In this document: positions 27,028-34,969 of the stretch, one piece after another
How positions within the stretch are numbered: the first letter of the stretch is position 1
Layout of the letters: each line of letters starts with the position of its first letter
From: Patescibacteria group bacterium
GTDB taxonomy: Bacteria; Patescibacteriota; UBA1384; CAJBMM01
Length of the DNA stretch: 64,000 nucleotides
Direction: 5' to 3'
Assembly (NCBI GenBank): GCA_041660565.1
Contig: JBAZWC010000001.1
Span: forward strand, 366,481 to 430,480
Made by a program: the position numbers and the translations under genes
The notes under the pieces: generated by a model
Told to the model about the DNA's origin: nothing
The model's database searches: none
What the model saw: only the letters and a program-made list of their open reading frames with translations

Positions 27028-27055
27028 TTGTTCAGGTCCTCCCCCGGGTTCGTTA

Positions 27056-27084
27056 TTGACAATGTACACCATATTTGGTACAAT
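27056..27084 (+). promoter_or_regulatory. Consensus sigma-70 promoter TTGACA-17-TACAAT for ssrA, with TGTACA dyads
   Basis: -35 at 27056-27061 and -10 at 27079-27084, about 40 nt before the tmRNA 5' end. aaTGTACAcc…caaTGTACAt repeats. Confidence 0.6.
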
Positions 27085-27122
27085 GTACATAGCTAGAACA
27101 TTAAAAATTTGCAAAAAATCAT

Positions 27123-27514
27123 GGGGCTGTATTAGATTCGACAGGCCGTCCACATTCACCCTTGCATAACGAGACGCTCACTCACTCGTAAAACGCGAGC
27201 AAAAAACAATAACTGCCAACAGTTTTGTTAGCAAAGTCAAAGGTGCTTTTGCATCTATGTCCTTTGCGCCAGCTTTCGCCTAAAACCGAAAGCCGTTTGC
27301 TTTCTTCTTCGTTGATGAAGAAAGGCCAAGCGTCATATTATCAACGCGCCAAAGTGTAGATTCATTCTGTAAACTTTGAAAGATACTGAATGTGCTGGGA
27401 TAACTAACTTGGAGTGCTCATTATGTTAGACCAAAAGAAATTTGAACACCTAATTATGTAGAAAAGATGAATGTACCGGTTTGGACAGGAGTGCAACTCT
27501 CCTCAGCTCCACCA
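27123..27514 (+). ncRNA. ssrA: tmRNA (SsrA), one-piece. tRNA-like ends GGGGCUG…UCCACCA. Predicted tag ORF ANSFVSKVKGAFASMSFAPAFA*
   Basis: 5' ggggctgtattagattcgacagg and 3' ggacaggagtgcaactctcctcagctccacca closely parallel E. coli ssrA. Resume codon GCC follows aataact, and the frame ends gct ttc gcc taa. Confidence 0.85.
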
Positions 27515-27597
27515 CGCTAAGCGTGGTAATCGGGACGCTCAGCGTCCCACCAAATGTATGGAATTATTCCATTTTTAATGTTACGACGCTAAGCGTC
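27510..27597. repeat. Three short hairpins of the NNCGC-TNA-GCGNN family directly after the tmRNA 3' end
   Basis: ccacgcTAAgcgtgg, gggacgcTCAgcgtccc and gacgcTAAgcgtc. The same hairpin family occurs at 55882-55917 and 59017-59052. Confidence 0.55.
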
Positions 27598-27604
27598 GCA
27601 AACT

Positions 27605-27952
27605 TTGAAAAACGTTTGGATTAGTACTCTTAGCAACAAAAATGAACCAGAAATGGTTCTTTTTTGTTATAATAATATTATGTATTATGTTTATATTTTA
27701 TTAAGTGATAAAGATGACATGCTGTATTTTGGTAGTACACCAAATTTACAGGAAAGAATCGCAAAACATGACGCTGGATTTGTTAAAGCAACGCAAAACA
27801 GGCGACCACTTAAATTATTATACTACGAGGCATATTCATCAAAAATTGATGCGCTAAAAAGAGAGAAGTATTTTAAGGGAGGGAAAGGCCATAACGACCT
27901 AAAAGTGCAATTTGAGAATACCTTGCTAAAAAATAATTATATATTTCTCTAA
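27605..27952 (+). CDS. GIY-YIG nuclease-domain protein (UPF0213-like small endonuclease)
   Basis: YYVYILLSDKDDMLYFGSTPNLQERIAKHDAG…REKYFKGGKG. The track start is TTG. A more likely start is ATG at 27653 or 27680 (possibly leaderless after a TATAAT at 27667). Confidence 0.75.
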   Translation: MKNVWISTLSNKNEPEMVLFCYNNIMYYVYILLSDKDDMLYFGSTPNLQERIAKHDAGFVKATQNRRPLKLLYYEAYSSKIDALKREKYFKGGKGHNDLKVQFENTLLKNNYIFL

Positions 27953-28065
27953 ACATTTGTAGAATTCCGTCGCAGACATTTTTGATACCAACATGAAAGT
28001 GTTGGTGTTTTTTGTTACAAAAAAACCTACTCATTCAAGTAGGATGTAATCGCCAGAAAATAGAA

Positions 28066-28094
28066 GCGGGAGGCAGCCAATTGGCTGCCTCCCG
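28066..28094. terminator. Perfect GC-rich palindromic hairpin (gcgggaggcagcc-aatt-ggctgcctcccgt) downstream of the secreted paralogue gene
   Basis: 13-bp perfect stem. Same hairpin family at 29031-29059 and 29990-30018. Confidence 0.55.
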
Positions 28095-28123
28095 TGTGAG
28101 ACAGGTGTTGCCGGCGCCGTGGG

Positions 28124-28753
28124 CTAGTCGTGGCCTTGCGGGCAGGCCCGGACATAGTCACCGGCGAATACGCCCGTCACCTGTGTCCCGTAGTTGTACT
28201 GGTTGTCGCGGCAGTTGGAGACCCCGACGTAGTATACGCGGTAGGACGCCGGGTAAATGATGCGCCACGTCCACATCTGCCCGTTGAAGTAGAACTCCTG
28301 GTGTGTCGGAATGATCGCCGAGTTGTTGGCCCACGTTAGCCTGGAGTTGAAGTAGTGTGGCGCATCGGTATCATATTCGTGCGTGCTATTCCAGTACCAA
28401 TCGTACGCCATGGCATGCGTGGCCCACGTCAACTCCTCATGCCACAGCTGGTTACCAACAGCGTCGTACGTGCCATTGGTGCCGCCGTACACCGACTGCC
28501 AAGTGGTCGTGGCGTTGGCGTCGGTGTAGAAGACCCACCTCGGGTGGATGGCGAAGGTCGCGTTGGCATTACCATTGGTGTATGGTTGACCCATCCACTC
28601 GAAGACGAAGAAGACCTCATCTGTCGTGTAGTTGTACGCGCACTCCCAGTCAACCTCGATGTTCGAGTTGTTGAGGTACCCAGGGGTCGCCTGAGCCATC
28701 GTCGGGAAGAGCATGACGGCCAGCGCCGCCAGCAGAACGAGATGCTTACGCAA
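28124..28753 (-). CDS. Secreted W/Y/N/T-rich protein, paralogue A1 (about 209 aa), high-GC island
   Basis: Signal peptide MRKHLVLLAALAVMLFPTMAQA. TTG start preceded by GGAG. C-terminus …CPQGHD. About 60% identical to 29092-29724. Confidence 0.65.
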   Translation of the reverse strand: MRKHLVLLAALAVMLFPTMAQATPGYLNNSNIEVDWECAYNYTTDEVFFVFEWMGQPYTNGNANATFAIHPRWVFYTDANATTTWQSVYGGTNGTYDAVGNQLWHEELTWATHAMAYDWYWNSTHEYDTDAPHYFNSRLTWANNSAIIPTHQEFYFNGQMWTWRIIYPASYRVYYVGVSNCRDNQYNYGTQVTGVFAGDYVRACPQGHD

Positions 28754-28990
28754 TTTCTTCTCCTAGCCCACAAACCGCGGGGGCGGGGTCGGTACTGCAT
28801 GATGGGTACGACAATCATCGTACGGCATACGGCACCCGACTTGGCTAGTCTTACATCACGTCGATAGGCGCATTCCCCCTTGATTCCGACCGAACCAAAA
28901 CCACTACCGGTCTTTTGGAAACCACATCTGTGTGGAATCCACCAGATAAGTAAGTTGTTCAGGTTCGGTGCTGTAATACACACAAAAGGT

Positions 28991-29059
28991 ATAATAACAC
29001 ATCCATATTATTTATGTCAATATATTATAAGCGGGAGGCAGCCCGAAGGCCGCCTCCCG
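28991..29059 (-). promoter_or_regulatory. Terminator hairpin followed by TTGACA-18-TATTAT promoter, a repeated module upstream of each secreted paralogue
   Basis: Hairpin gcgggaggcagcccgaaggccgcctcccgt (29031-29059). Minus-strand -35 at 29015-29020. Module repeated at 29950-30018. Confidence 0.5.
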
Positions 29060-29091
29060 TGTGAGACAGATGTTGCCGGCGCCGTACCGGA

Positions 29092-29724
29092 CTAGTCGTG
29101 GCCCTGCGGGCACGGCCTGAGCTTATCTTCCGAGAAGAAGCTGAAGGGGTCCCCCCAGTTTCGGTTGTTATCGCAACACTTGGTGTCAACGTGGTACGCC
29201 ACGCGGTAAGTCGCGGGGTAAATGGCGTCGTAGTGATACATGTAAGGCGGAATGCCATCCCACACGAGCACGTAATGCCTAGGGATAACCGCCGAGTTGA
29301 GCGCCCAGGTCAGGTGCGAGTTGAAGTAGTGAGTCGTACCGTCGTAGCTGGCGTTCGATGTATCCCATTCCCACCCGTAGGTCATGGCGTGAGTAGCCCA
29401 GGTTATGGACTGTTGCCACAGTATGTTGCCAACTGCGTCGTAAACACCTCCGGAGCCGTACACTTCGTTCCACGGGATAGTGCCGGCGGAATCGGTGTAG
29501 AAGATGTAACACGGGTGAATGGTGAAGTCGGCCTCGGCTGACCCATTGCTTGTCGGCATTCCGCTCCACACGATGTTGTACGAGACGATATCAGTGGTGT
29601 TGTTGTAGGCCACATCCCACTGAATCGTGATGTCGTCAACGGATACGTATCCCGGTGTTGCCGATACGGGGAGCTGGGCAAACATGACGACCAGGGCCGC
29701 CAGCAAAACGAGATGCTTACGCAA
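29092..29724 (-). CDS. Secreted W/Y/N/T-rich protein, paralogue A2 (about 210 aa)
   Basis: Signal peptide, TTG start, C-terminus …RPCPQGHD. Shares a roughly 290-nt conserved upstream leader with A1. Confidence 0.65.
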   Translation of the reverse strand: MRKHLVLLAALVVMFAQLPVSATPGYVSVDDITIQWDVAYNNTTDIVSYNIVWSGMPTSNGSAEADFTIHPCYIFYTDSAGTIPWNEVYGSGGVYDAVGNILWQQSITWATHAMTYGWEWDTSNASYDGTTHYFNSHLTWALNSAVIPRHYVLVWDGIPPYMYHYDAIYPATYRVAYHVDTKCCDNNRNWGDPFSFFSEDKLRPCPQGHD

Positions 29725-30045
29725 TTTCTTCTCCTAGCCCTCAAACCACGGGGGCGGGGTCGGTACTGCACCGAGTGTACGGCATACAGCGCCCGACTTG
29801 GCTAGTCTTACGGCTTCACGACAATAGGCATTTCCCCCTTGATTCCGACCGGACCAAAACCACTACCGGTCTTTTGGAAACCACTCCTGTGTGGAATCCA
29901 CTAGATAAGTAAGTTGTTCAGGTTCGGTGCTGTAATACACACAAAAAGTATAATAACACATCCATATTATTTATGTCAATATATTATAAGCGGGAGGCAG
30001 CCCGAAGGCCGCCTCCCGTGTGAGACAGATGTTGCCGGTTGGCCC

Positions 30046-30546
30046 TTAGGGGGCAATCCATGCAGTCGTCGCGGACGTGGCGGTAGCACCGTCACCCTTC
30101 ACGTACACCTTCAGGGTGACGAGTATGTACTTGTACGGCCACGGGACGTAGTAGGTGATGTCCCTATACGATTGGAAGCTCGGCCGACCCTCGTCGTAAT
30201 CGGCGTAGTCCTGCCAGATGATGTTGCCGTTCTCGAAGGCCTGCGCTCCGGCCGTCTGACCGGAGGCAGAGCAGCTCCCCTTGAGGTCGCAGGTGATGCC
30301 TCCAGAAGTACCTATCCACAACCCGCTCTGCCACGCGTAGACAACAGAGTATGTCGCCGTGGCGTAGCTGTCGTTCTCGTCGTGCCCGACGCCCTTGAGA
30401 TATCCGGAACCGACCGTGAACGTCCCGGTACCGGTGGTGCTGGTGATGACCGGGGTGGTCTGGGTCATCACCCAATCAGCCATCGAGGAGACGGACAGCG
30501 ACATCAGCGCGCAGATCGCAACGAACAGCATGGTTAGACGCTTCAT
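30046..30546 (-). CDS. Secreted Gly/Thr/Tyr-rich protein, paralogue B1 (start at MKRLTMLFVAICALMSL…)
   Basis: Signal peptide. Shared motifs GNDENDSYATATY, WQDYADYD and WPYKYxLVTLKVYVKG with 30805-31308. Confidence 0.6.
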   Translation of the reverse strand: MKRLTMLFVAICALMSLSVSSMADWVMTQTTPVITSTTGTGTFTVGSGYLKGVGHDENDSYATATYSVVYAWQSGLWIGTSGGITCDLKGSCSASGQTAGAQAFENGNIIWQDYADYDEGRPSFQSYRDITYYVPWPYKYILVTLKVYVKGDGATATSATTAWIAP

Positions 30547-30804
30547 TGCTTGGCTCCTGTGTGGTTTGATACAACTGAGCGGGGTCGTTTTGTCTCTGCT
30601 GGGGGCATACGACCACAATGTACGTCACCTGGCTTGGCTGGACTAATATCGATTAGCCATCACCTCCTTTAGGAGTTGCGCAAGCCCGACTCCTTTTTGA
30701 TTGCGATACGACTGAACTTGTCGAACCGCCAGCATATCAACAGTTGGCGACTTGCGCGGGCTACAGGGTACCCACATTATGTGGTTATCGGCTTATGCGC
30801 CAAC

Positions 30805-31308
30805 TCAGTACGTTAACGCTGCGGCGTATGCGGTAGTGCCAGTGCCCTTCACGTACACCTTCAGGGTGACGAGCACGTACTTGTACGGCCACATGACGTA
30901 GTAGCCGTAGTTTTCCGCCGAGTCGTAGGACGTCGGCCCGTCGTCGTAATCGGCGTAGTCCTGCCAAACAATGTTGCCGTTCTGGAAGACCTGCGACCCC
31001 GCCGTCTGTCCAGCCGATGAGGATTGCCCACTGACTATACCCCTGATTCCCCCATTGAAGCCTAACGGTAAACCAGGGCCAACCCACGAGTAGACGACAG
31101 CGTACGTCGCCGTGGCGTAGCTGTCATTCTCATCATTGCCGGTGCCCGATAGTGAGTTGACGCCAGCCACGAAAGTGCCGGTCCCGGTAATCGAGTTGAT
31201 GGTAACAGGACCCTCGAACATCACCCAACCGGCAGGGACAGCCATGGAGGCGACGGACAGCGACATCAGTGCGCAGAAAGCGACGAGCAGCACAGTGAGA
31301 CGCTTCAT
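30805..31308 (-). CDS. Secreted Gly/Thr/Tyr-rich protein, paralogue B2
   Basis: MKRLTVLLVAFCALMSLSVASMA signal. Paralogous to 30046-30546. Confidence 0.6.
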   Translation of the reverse strand: MKRLTVLLVAFCALMSLSVASMAVPAGWVMFEGPVTINSITGTGTFVAGVNSLSGTGNDENDSYATATYAVVYSWVGPGLPLGFNGGIRGIVSGQSSSAGQTAGSQVFQNGNIVWQDYADYDDGPTSYDSAENYGYYVMWPYKYVLVTLKVYVKGTGTTAYAAALTY

Positions 31309-31520
31309 TGCTTGGCTCCTTTTTGATTGCGATACGACTGAGCGTTACGACCGTAAAACACCTGGGTACGCAACAGGATCTTCGAGACCAGCTGTATTCC
31401 CCTTGCGATTCCTGTCAGTAATGGACTAAGTAGGTTGTTCAGGTTCAGCGCTGTAAAACACAATCAATATATTAACACATCCATATTATTCGTGTCAACA
31501 TCCGATGCAACAATAAGTAT

Positions 31521-31549
31521 TTGACATTTGAAAAAATTTATGTTAATAT
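31521..31549 (+). promoter_or_regulatory. Sigma-70 promoter TTGACA-17-TAATAT for the DEAD-box helicase gene
   Basis: -35 at 31521-31526, -10 at 31544-31549. Confidence 0.55.
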
Positions 31550-31640
31550 TAAAATAATGTGATTTTGAATATCGGGTATGTTGGTAGATGTCTCGTTGTT
31601 CAGCGCAAGAGATATAAACCAAACAGAAAGGTATTCATAA

Positions 31641-32849
31641 ATGAATAGCTCTATTTCCTCAGGAACAAAACCGTCTTATAACCGATTTTCGGGCGGAAAC
31701 CGTCGGACTAATTTTAGTGCCAGACCACGTTTTCGGGGTACCTACATTAGCCCGGAAAAATTTATCAATAAAGCAATTGTGCAAGCCGAACAACCGGCTT
31801 ATCAGCCACAAAATCGTTTTCGTGATTTTCATTTTGTAGGGACGTTGCAACGAAATATCGAACAACATGGCTATGTTACCCCCACTCCAATTCAAGACCA
31901 AGCCATTGCCCCAATTTTAGCCGGTCAAGATTTACTAGGCTTAGCCAACACCGGCACCGGTAAAACAGCTGCATTTTTATTGCCAATTATTCAATTAATT
32001 CACGCTGATCCAAATTTAGGCACCGCTTTAATTATTGTGCCAACTCGCGAGCTAGCGCTGCAAATTGACATGGAATTTAGAGCATTCATTCGTGATATGC
32101 GTTTATATTCGGCAGTTTGCGTGGGCGGTGCCAACATTTTTCGTCAGATTTCCACTCTTAGACGCAAACCACATGTCATTATCGGTACCCCGGGGCGGCT
32201 AAAGGATTTGGCTGACCGCGGAGATTTAAACTTATCTACCACCAGAATTTTAGTACTTGATGAAGCTGACAGAATGTTAGATATGGGCTTTAGTAAAGAT
32301 ATCAATGTTTTGGTAGATATGATCCCCCAAAATCGCCAAACATTGTGCTTTAGTGCAACGATTACTGAAACAGTTAAAGGGTTAGTGGATAAATTACTCA
32401 AAGAACATCAAACCATCTCGGTCTGCGCACCGGTAGCCAGCTCTCACATCGATCAAGATGTGGTGCGATACAACTCACCGGAACATCGTCTGGATTTGTT
32501 AATTCAAATGCTAACCAAAGCCGAGTACGAAAAAGTGTTGATTTTTGGCGAAACCAAACGCGGCGTGCAAAAATTATCCGAAAAACTGATGCAATCTGGC
32601 ATCACCGCCGAAGCCATTCATGGCAACAAATCGCAACCGCAGCGACAGCGCGCCTTGCAAGCGTTTCGTGATAACAACGTTAAAGCGTTGGTGGCTACCG
32701 ATGTAGCTGCCCGCGGATTAGATATTTCCGATATTTCGCATGTAATTAACTACGATCAGCCAAATACGTTTGACGACTACGTTCATCGCATTGGCCGCAC
32801 CGGTCGTGCCGGCAAAACCGGCAAAGCTCTCACCTTCGTCCAAGGATAG
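31641..32849 (+). CDS. DEAD-box ATP-dependent RNA helicase
   Basis: Q-motif, ANTGTGKTAAF (Walker A), DEAD, SAT and HRIGRTGRAG motifs. Confidence 0.92.
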   Translation: MNSSISSGTKPSYNRFSGGNRRTNFSARPRFRGTYISPEKFINKAIVQAEQPAYQPQNRFRDFHFVGTLQRNIEQHGYVTPTPIQDQAIAPILAGQDLLGLANTGTGKTAAFLLPIIQLIHADPNLGTALIIVPTRELALQIDMEFRAFIRDMRLYSAVCVGGANIFRQISTLRRKPHVIIGTPGRLKDLADRGDLNLSTTRILVLDEADRMLDMGFSKDINVLVDMIPQNRQTLCFSATITETVKGLVDKLLKEHQTISVCAPVASSHIDQDVVRYNSPEHRLDLLIQMLTKAEYEKVLIFGETKRGVQKLSEKLMQSGITAEAIHGNKSQPQRQRALQAFRDNNVKALVATDVAARGLDISDISHVINYDQPNTFDDYVHRIGRTGRAGKTGKALTFVQG

Positions 32850-32925
32850 GAGACTGTTCTCAACGTCCCCTGCCTTGGTTTTGGGATGGGTTTAGTGTAT
32901 AAAGATACCGAGGGGGAAGACAGCG

Positions 32926-33453
32926 ATGGAATACTACGTTGGTGTGCCTCTGCCCCAACCGCTCGACTACTACATCCACGTGGTTAGACGCACGTGGGGG
33001 TGCCGAAACAAAAGCGACCCGCATTTGACCTTGATGGTGCCGCGGAGTCTGTTACCAAACCGGACTGAGCGTGAGCTAACCACAGCGCTGGCCGGAATTG
33101 CTGCTCAGCCACTGGTATTTGAGGTTTCGATTAACGGTTTTGGGGTGTTTGAGGAAATCGGCAACCTTCATCTGGTTGTGGATCGTAGCGACCAGTTGGT
33201 GGCTTGCTGCAAGGCCATCGATCATGCGGTTGAGGGGATTTTGGCACCTTCGGCGTCTAAGTACGCCCATATCCCCAGCCCACACATCACCGTACTAGAC
33301 AGGCTACCACAAAAAGACCTTGCTTTGGCATTGGCACAGCTTGGCCCGTACAAGTTTGGGCCAACCCACCTTCAATGCAGCACACTCCACCTATTCAAAG
33401 ATGGCAACTCGACCATCGGCTGGCAGATAGCCCAGACCATCAGACTCAGCTAA
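32926..33453 (+). CDS. 2H phosphoesterase (LigT/ThpR-like RNA 2',3'-cyclic phosphodiesterase), high GC
   Basis: Two H-x-T-x motifs (PHLTLMVP and PHITVLD) about 85 aa apart. Confidence 0.65.
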   Translation: MEYYVGVPLPQPLDYYIHVVRRTWGCRNKSDPHLTLMVPRSLLPNRTERELTTALAGIAAQPLVFEVSINGFGVFEEIGNLHLVVDRSDQLVACCKAIDHAVEGILAPSASKYAHIPSPHITVLDRLPQKDLALALAQLGPYKFGPTHLQCSTLHLFKDGNSTIGWQIAQTIRLS

Positions 33454-33534
33454 ACCCGCCCGGTTAACGCCGCGGCGGGTTCAACTTATATAAAAAAGAG
33501 GGCGGCCGCGACATGCGCGAACGCCCTACTCCCC

Positions 33535-34257
33535 CTAGAACTTGACCTCGAGTGATGTGGTGATGGTGTCATTGATGCACCCGGAAGAGCTACCGACGCT
33601 CTTCTGCAGTGCAATCTCGGGCACCAACGTCACCTTGCCCGCGGCAATCGGCCGCTTGATGATCAGCCGAAGGTGGCTGACCAGCTCGGGCTGGGCGCCA
33701 AACGCGCCATCGTTCCCCCCGGCGGACAACTCCAGATTGCATCCCTTGATGGAGCTTTTGACTCCCACCCGCCAGAACATCCCGCCCTCCAGGATGTTGG
33801 GGCTGTCGGGTACGCAGCTGTCGACCGAGATAAACGGTCGCACCAGCCCGCGATTCGCCGTTAGAGACGTGGTCAGGTCGTGCACGTCACCCCGCCAGTG
33901 CCCCACCGGCATTAGGTCGAAGAAGCAATATTCGACATTGACATTGGCCTGTCCGCGCCAGATGTTGCTGGCATAGCCGACGCCGTAGTCGATTTCCGAC
34001 GCCCAGTCTCGGTTCCAGCCCGACCGGGTGGGGACGCATCCCCACACATAGGCGTAGAACGGGCCCTTGGCGGCGGTGGCCATCCCCTGCACCACCGGCT
34101 TGTTGTAGATGACGTTCCCGGTCACACTGCCGGTGTACTGGCTGCGCCACTTGATCATGTACGACATCTGCTGGGCATCGGACGTGCGGGCCAAGCCCAG
34201 AGACATCAGAATGACTACGACCATCGCCCTGCAATGCATTGCCGTCTCCTTATGCAA
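33535..34257 (-). CDS. Secreted protein with outer-membrane beta-barrel-like features (MipA/OmpV-like composition, C-terminal Phe), high GC
   Basis: Signal peptide. Alternating aromatic/hydrophilic beta-strand pattern. Terminal …SLEVKF. Start probably at the internal MHCRAMVVVILMSLGLA. Confidence 0.45.
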   Translation of the reverse strand: MHKETAMHCRAMVVVILMSLGLARTSDAQQMSYMIKWRSQYTGSVTGNVIYNKPVVQGMATAAKGPFYAYVWGCVPTRSGWNRDWASEIDYGVGYASNIWRGQANVNVEYCFFDLMPVGHWRGDVHDLTTSLTANRGLVRPFISVDSCVPDSPNILEGGMFWRVGVKSSIKGCNLELSAGGNDGAFGAQPELVSHLRLIIKRPIAAGKVTLVPEIALQKSVGSSSGCINDTITTSLEVKF

Positions 34258-34376
34258 TCGCTGTAGATATCTGACTTGTCGTTAGCATTTTATAATACTT
34301 GAGCTTGTTTGTCAATATCATTGCTCTAAATACTCTAATCTATTACAATAAACTGACTAATAACTTTGGAGCGGCA

Positions 34377-34964
34377 ATGCCAAGAGATACGGCGCATTTT
34401 CAAAACAGAGAGCCCAAACTGGAATCATACCTAAGATACCGGCGGTTTTTGTGCGTATCGAAACACATTAAACCAAACAGCAAAGTGTTAGATTTAGGTT
34501 GCGGTTTTGATGCCTATTTTCTAAATCGCGTTGCAGATAAGTTGCATACCGGTATCGGCATTGATTTAACCGAATCAAAACAAGCTAACCCACACATTAC
34601 GGTAATAGCGCACGATGTAAACAAAGAATTGCCACTTGAGGATGATTTTTTTGACGCGGTAGTCTCTATGGCTAATATGGAGCATTTGGATAATCGGGTG
34701 CAAACGCTTAAAGAGGCTCACCGAGTGCTGGCACCAAACGGGATGCTGCTCATCACCACCCCATCCACCAAAGCCAAACCGGTTTTAGAGTTCTTGTCTG
34801 GTGGCTTAAGACTAATTAGTACCGAAGAAATTGAAGATCATAAATTTTATTACGATCCGCCAATGTTACGCAATGATTTGATTGAGGCAGGATTTGTTGA
34901 TTCAAATATTTACATCCAACCGTTTCAGCTGAACTTTAATCTTTTTGCCAAATCGATAAAATAA
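34377..34964 (+). CDS. Class I SAM-dependent methyltransferase
   Basis: Motif I VLDLGCGFDAYF. ATG at 34377 with a GGAG 7 nt upstream. The track start at 34299 is a TTG. Confidence 0.7.
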   Translation: MPRDTAHFQNREPKLESYLRYRRFLCVSKHIKPNSKVLDLGCGFDAYFLNRVADKLHTGIGIDLTESKQANPHITVIAHDVNKELPLEDDFFDAVVSMANMEHLDNRVQTLKEAHRVLAPNGMLLITTPSTKAKPVLEFLSGGLRLISTEEIEDHKFYYDPPMLRNDLIEAGFVDSNIYIQPFQLNFNLFAKSIK

Positions 34965-34969
34965 GGTAA

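Noticed and set aside
26399-27159. Full-length track ORFs 26399-26896 and 26746-27159
   Set aside because: They overlap neighbours extensively. The N-terminal part of 26746-27159 would run through the ssrA promoter. Internal Met starts give a tidy head-to-tail paralogue array.
24405-31429. Numerous overlapping ORFs in both strands of the high-GC islands (for example 24405-24848, 28355-28983, 29098-29771, 30164-30475, 33542-34234)
   Set aside because: High-GC DNA yields long spurious ORFs. Only frames with signal peptides, conserved motifs or paralogue support were kept.
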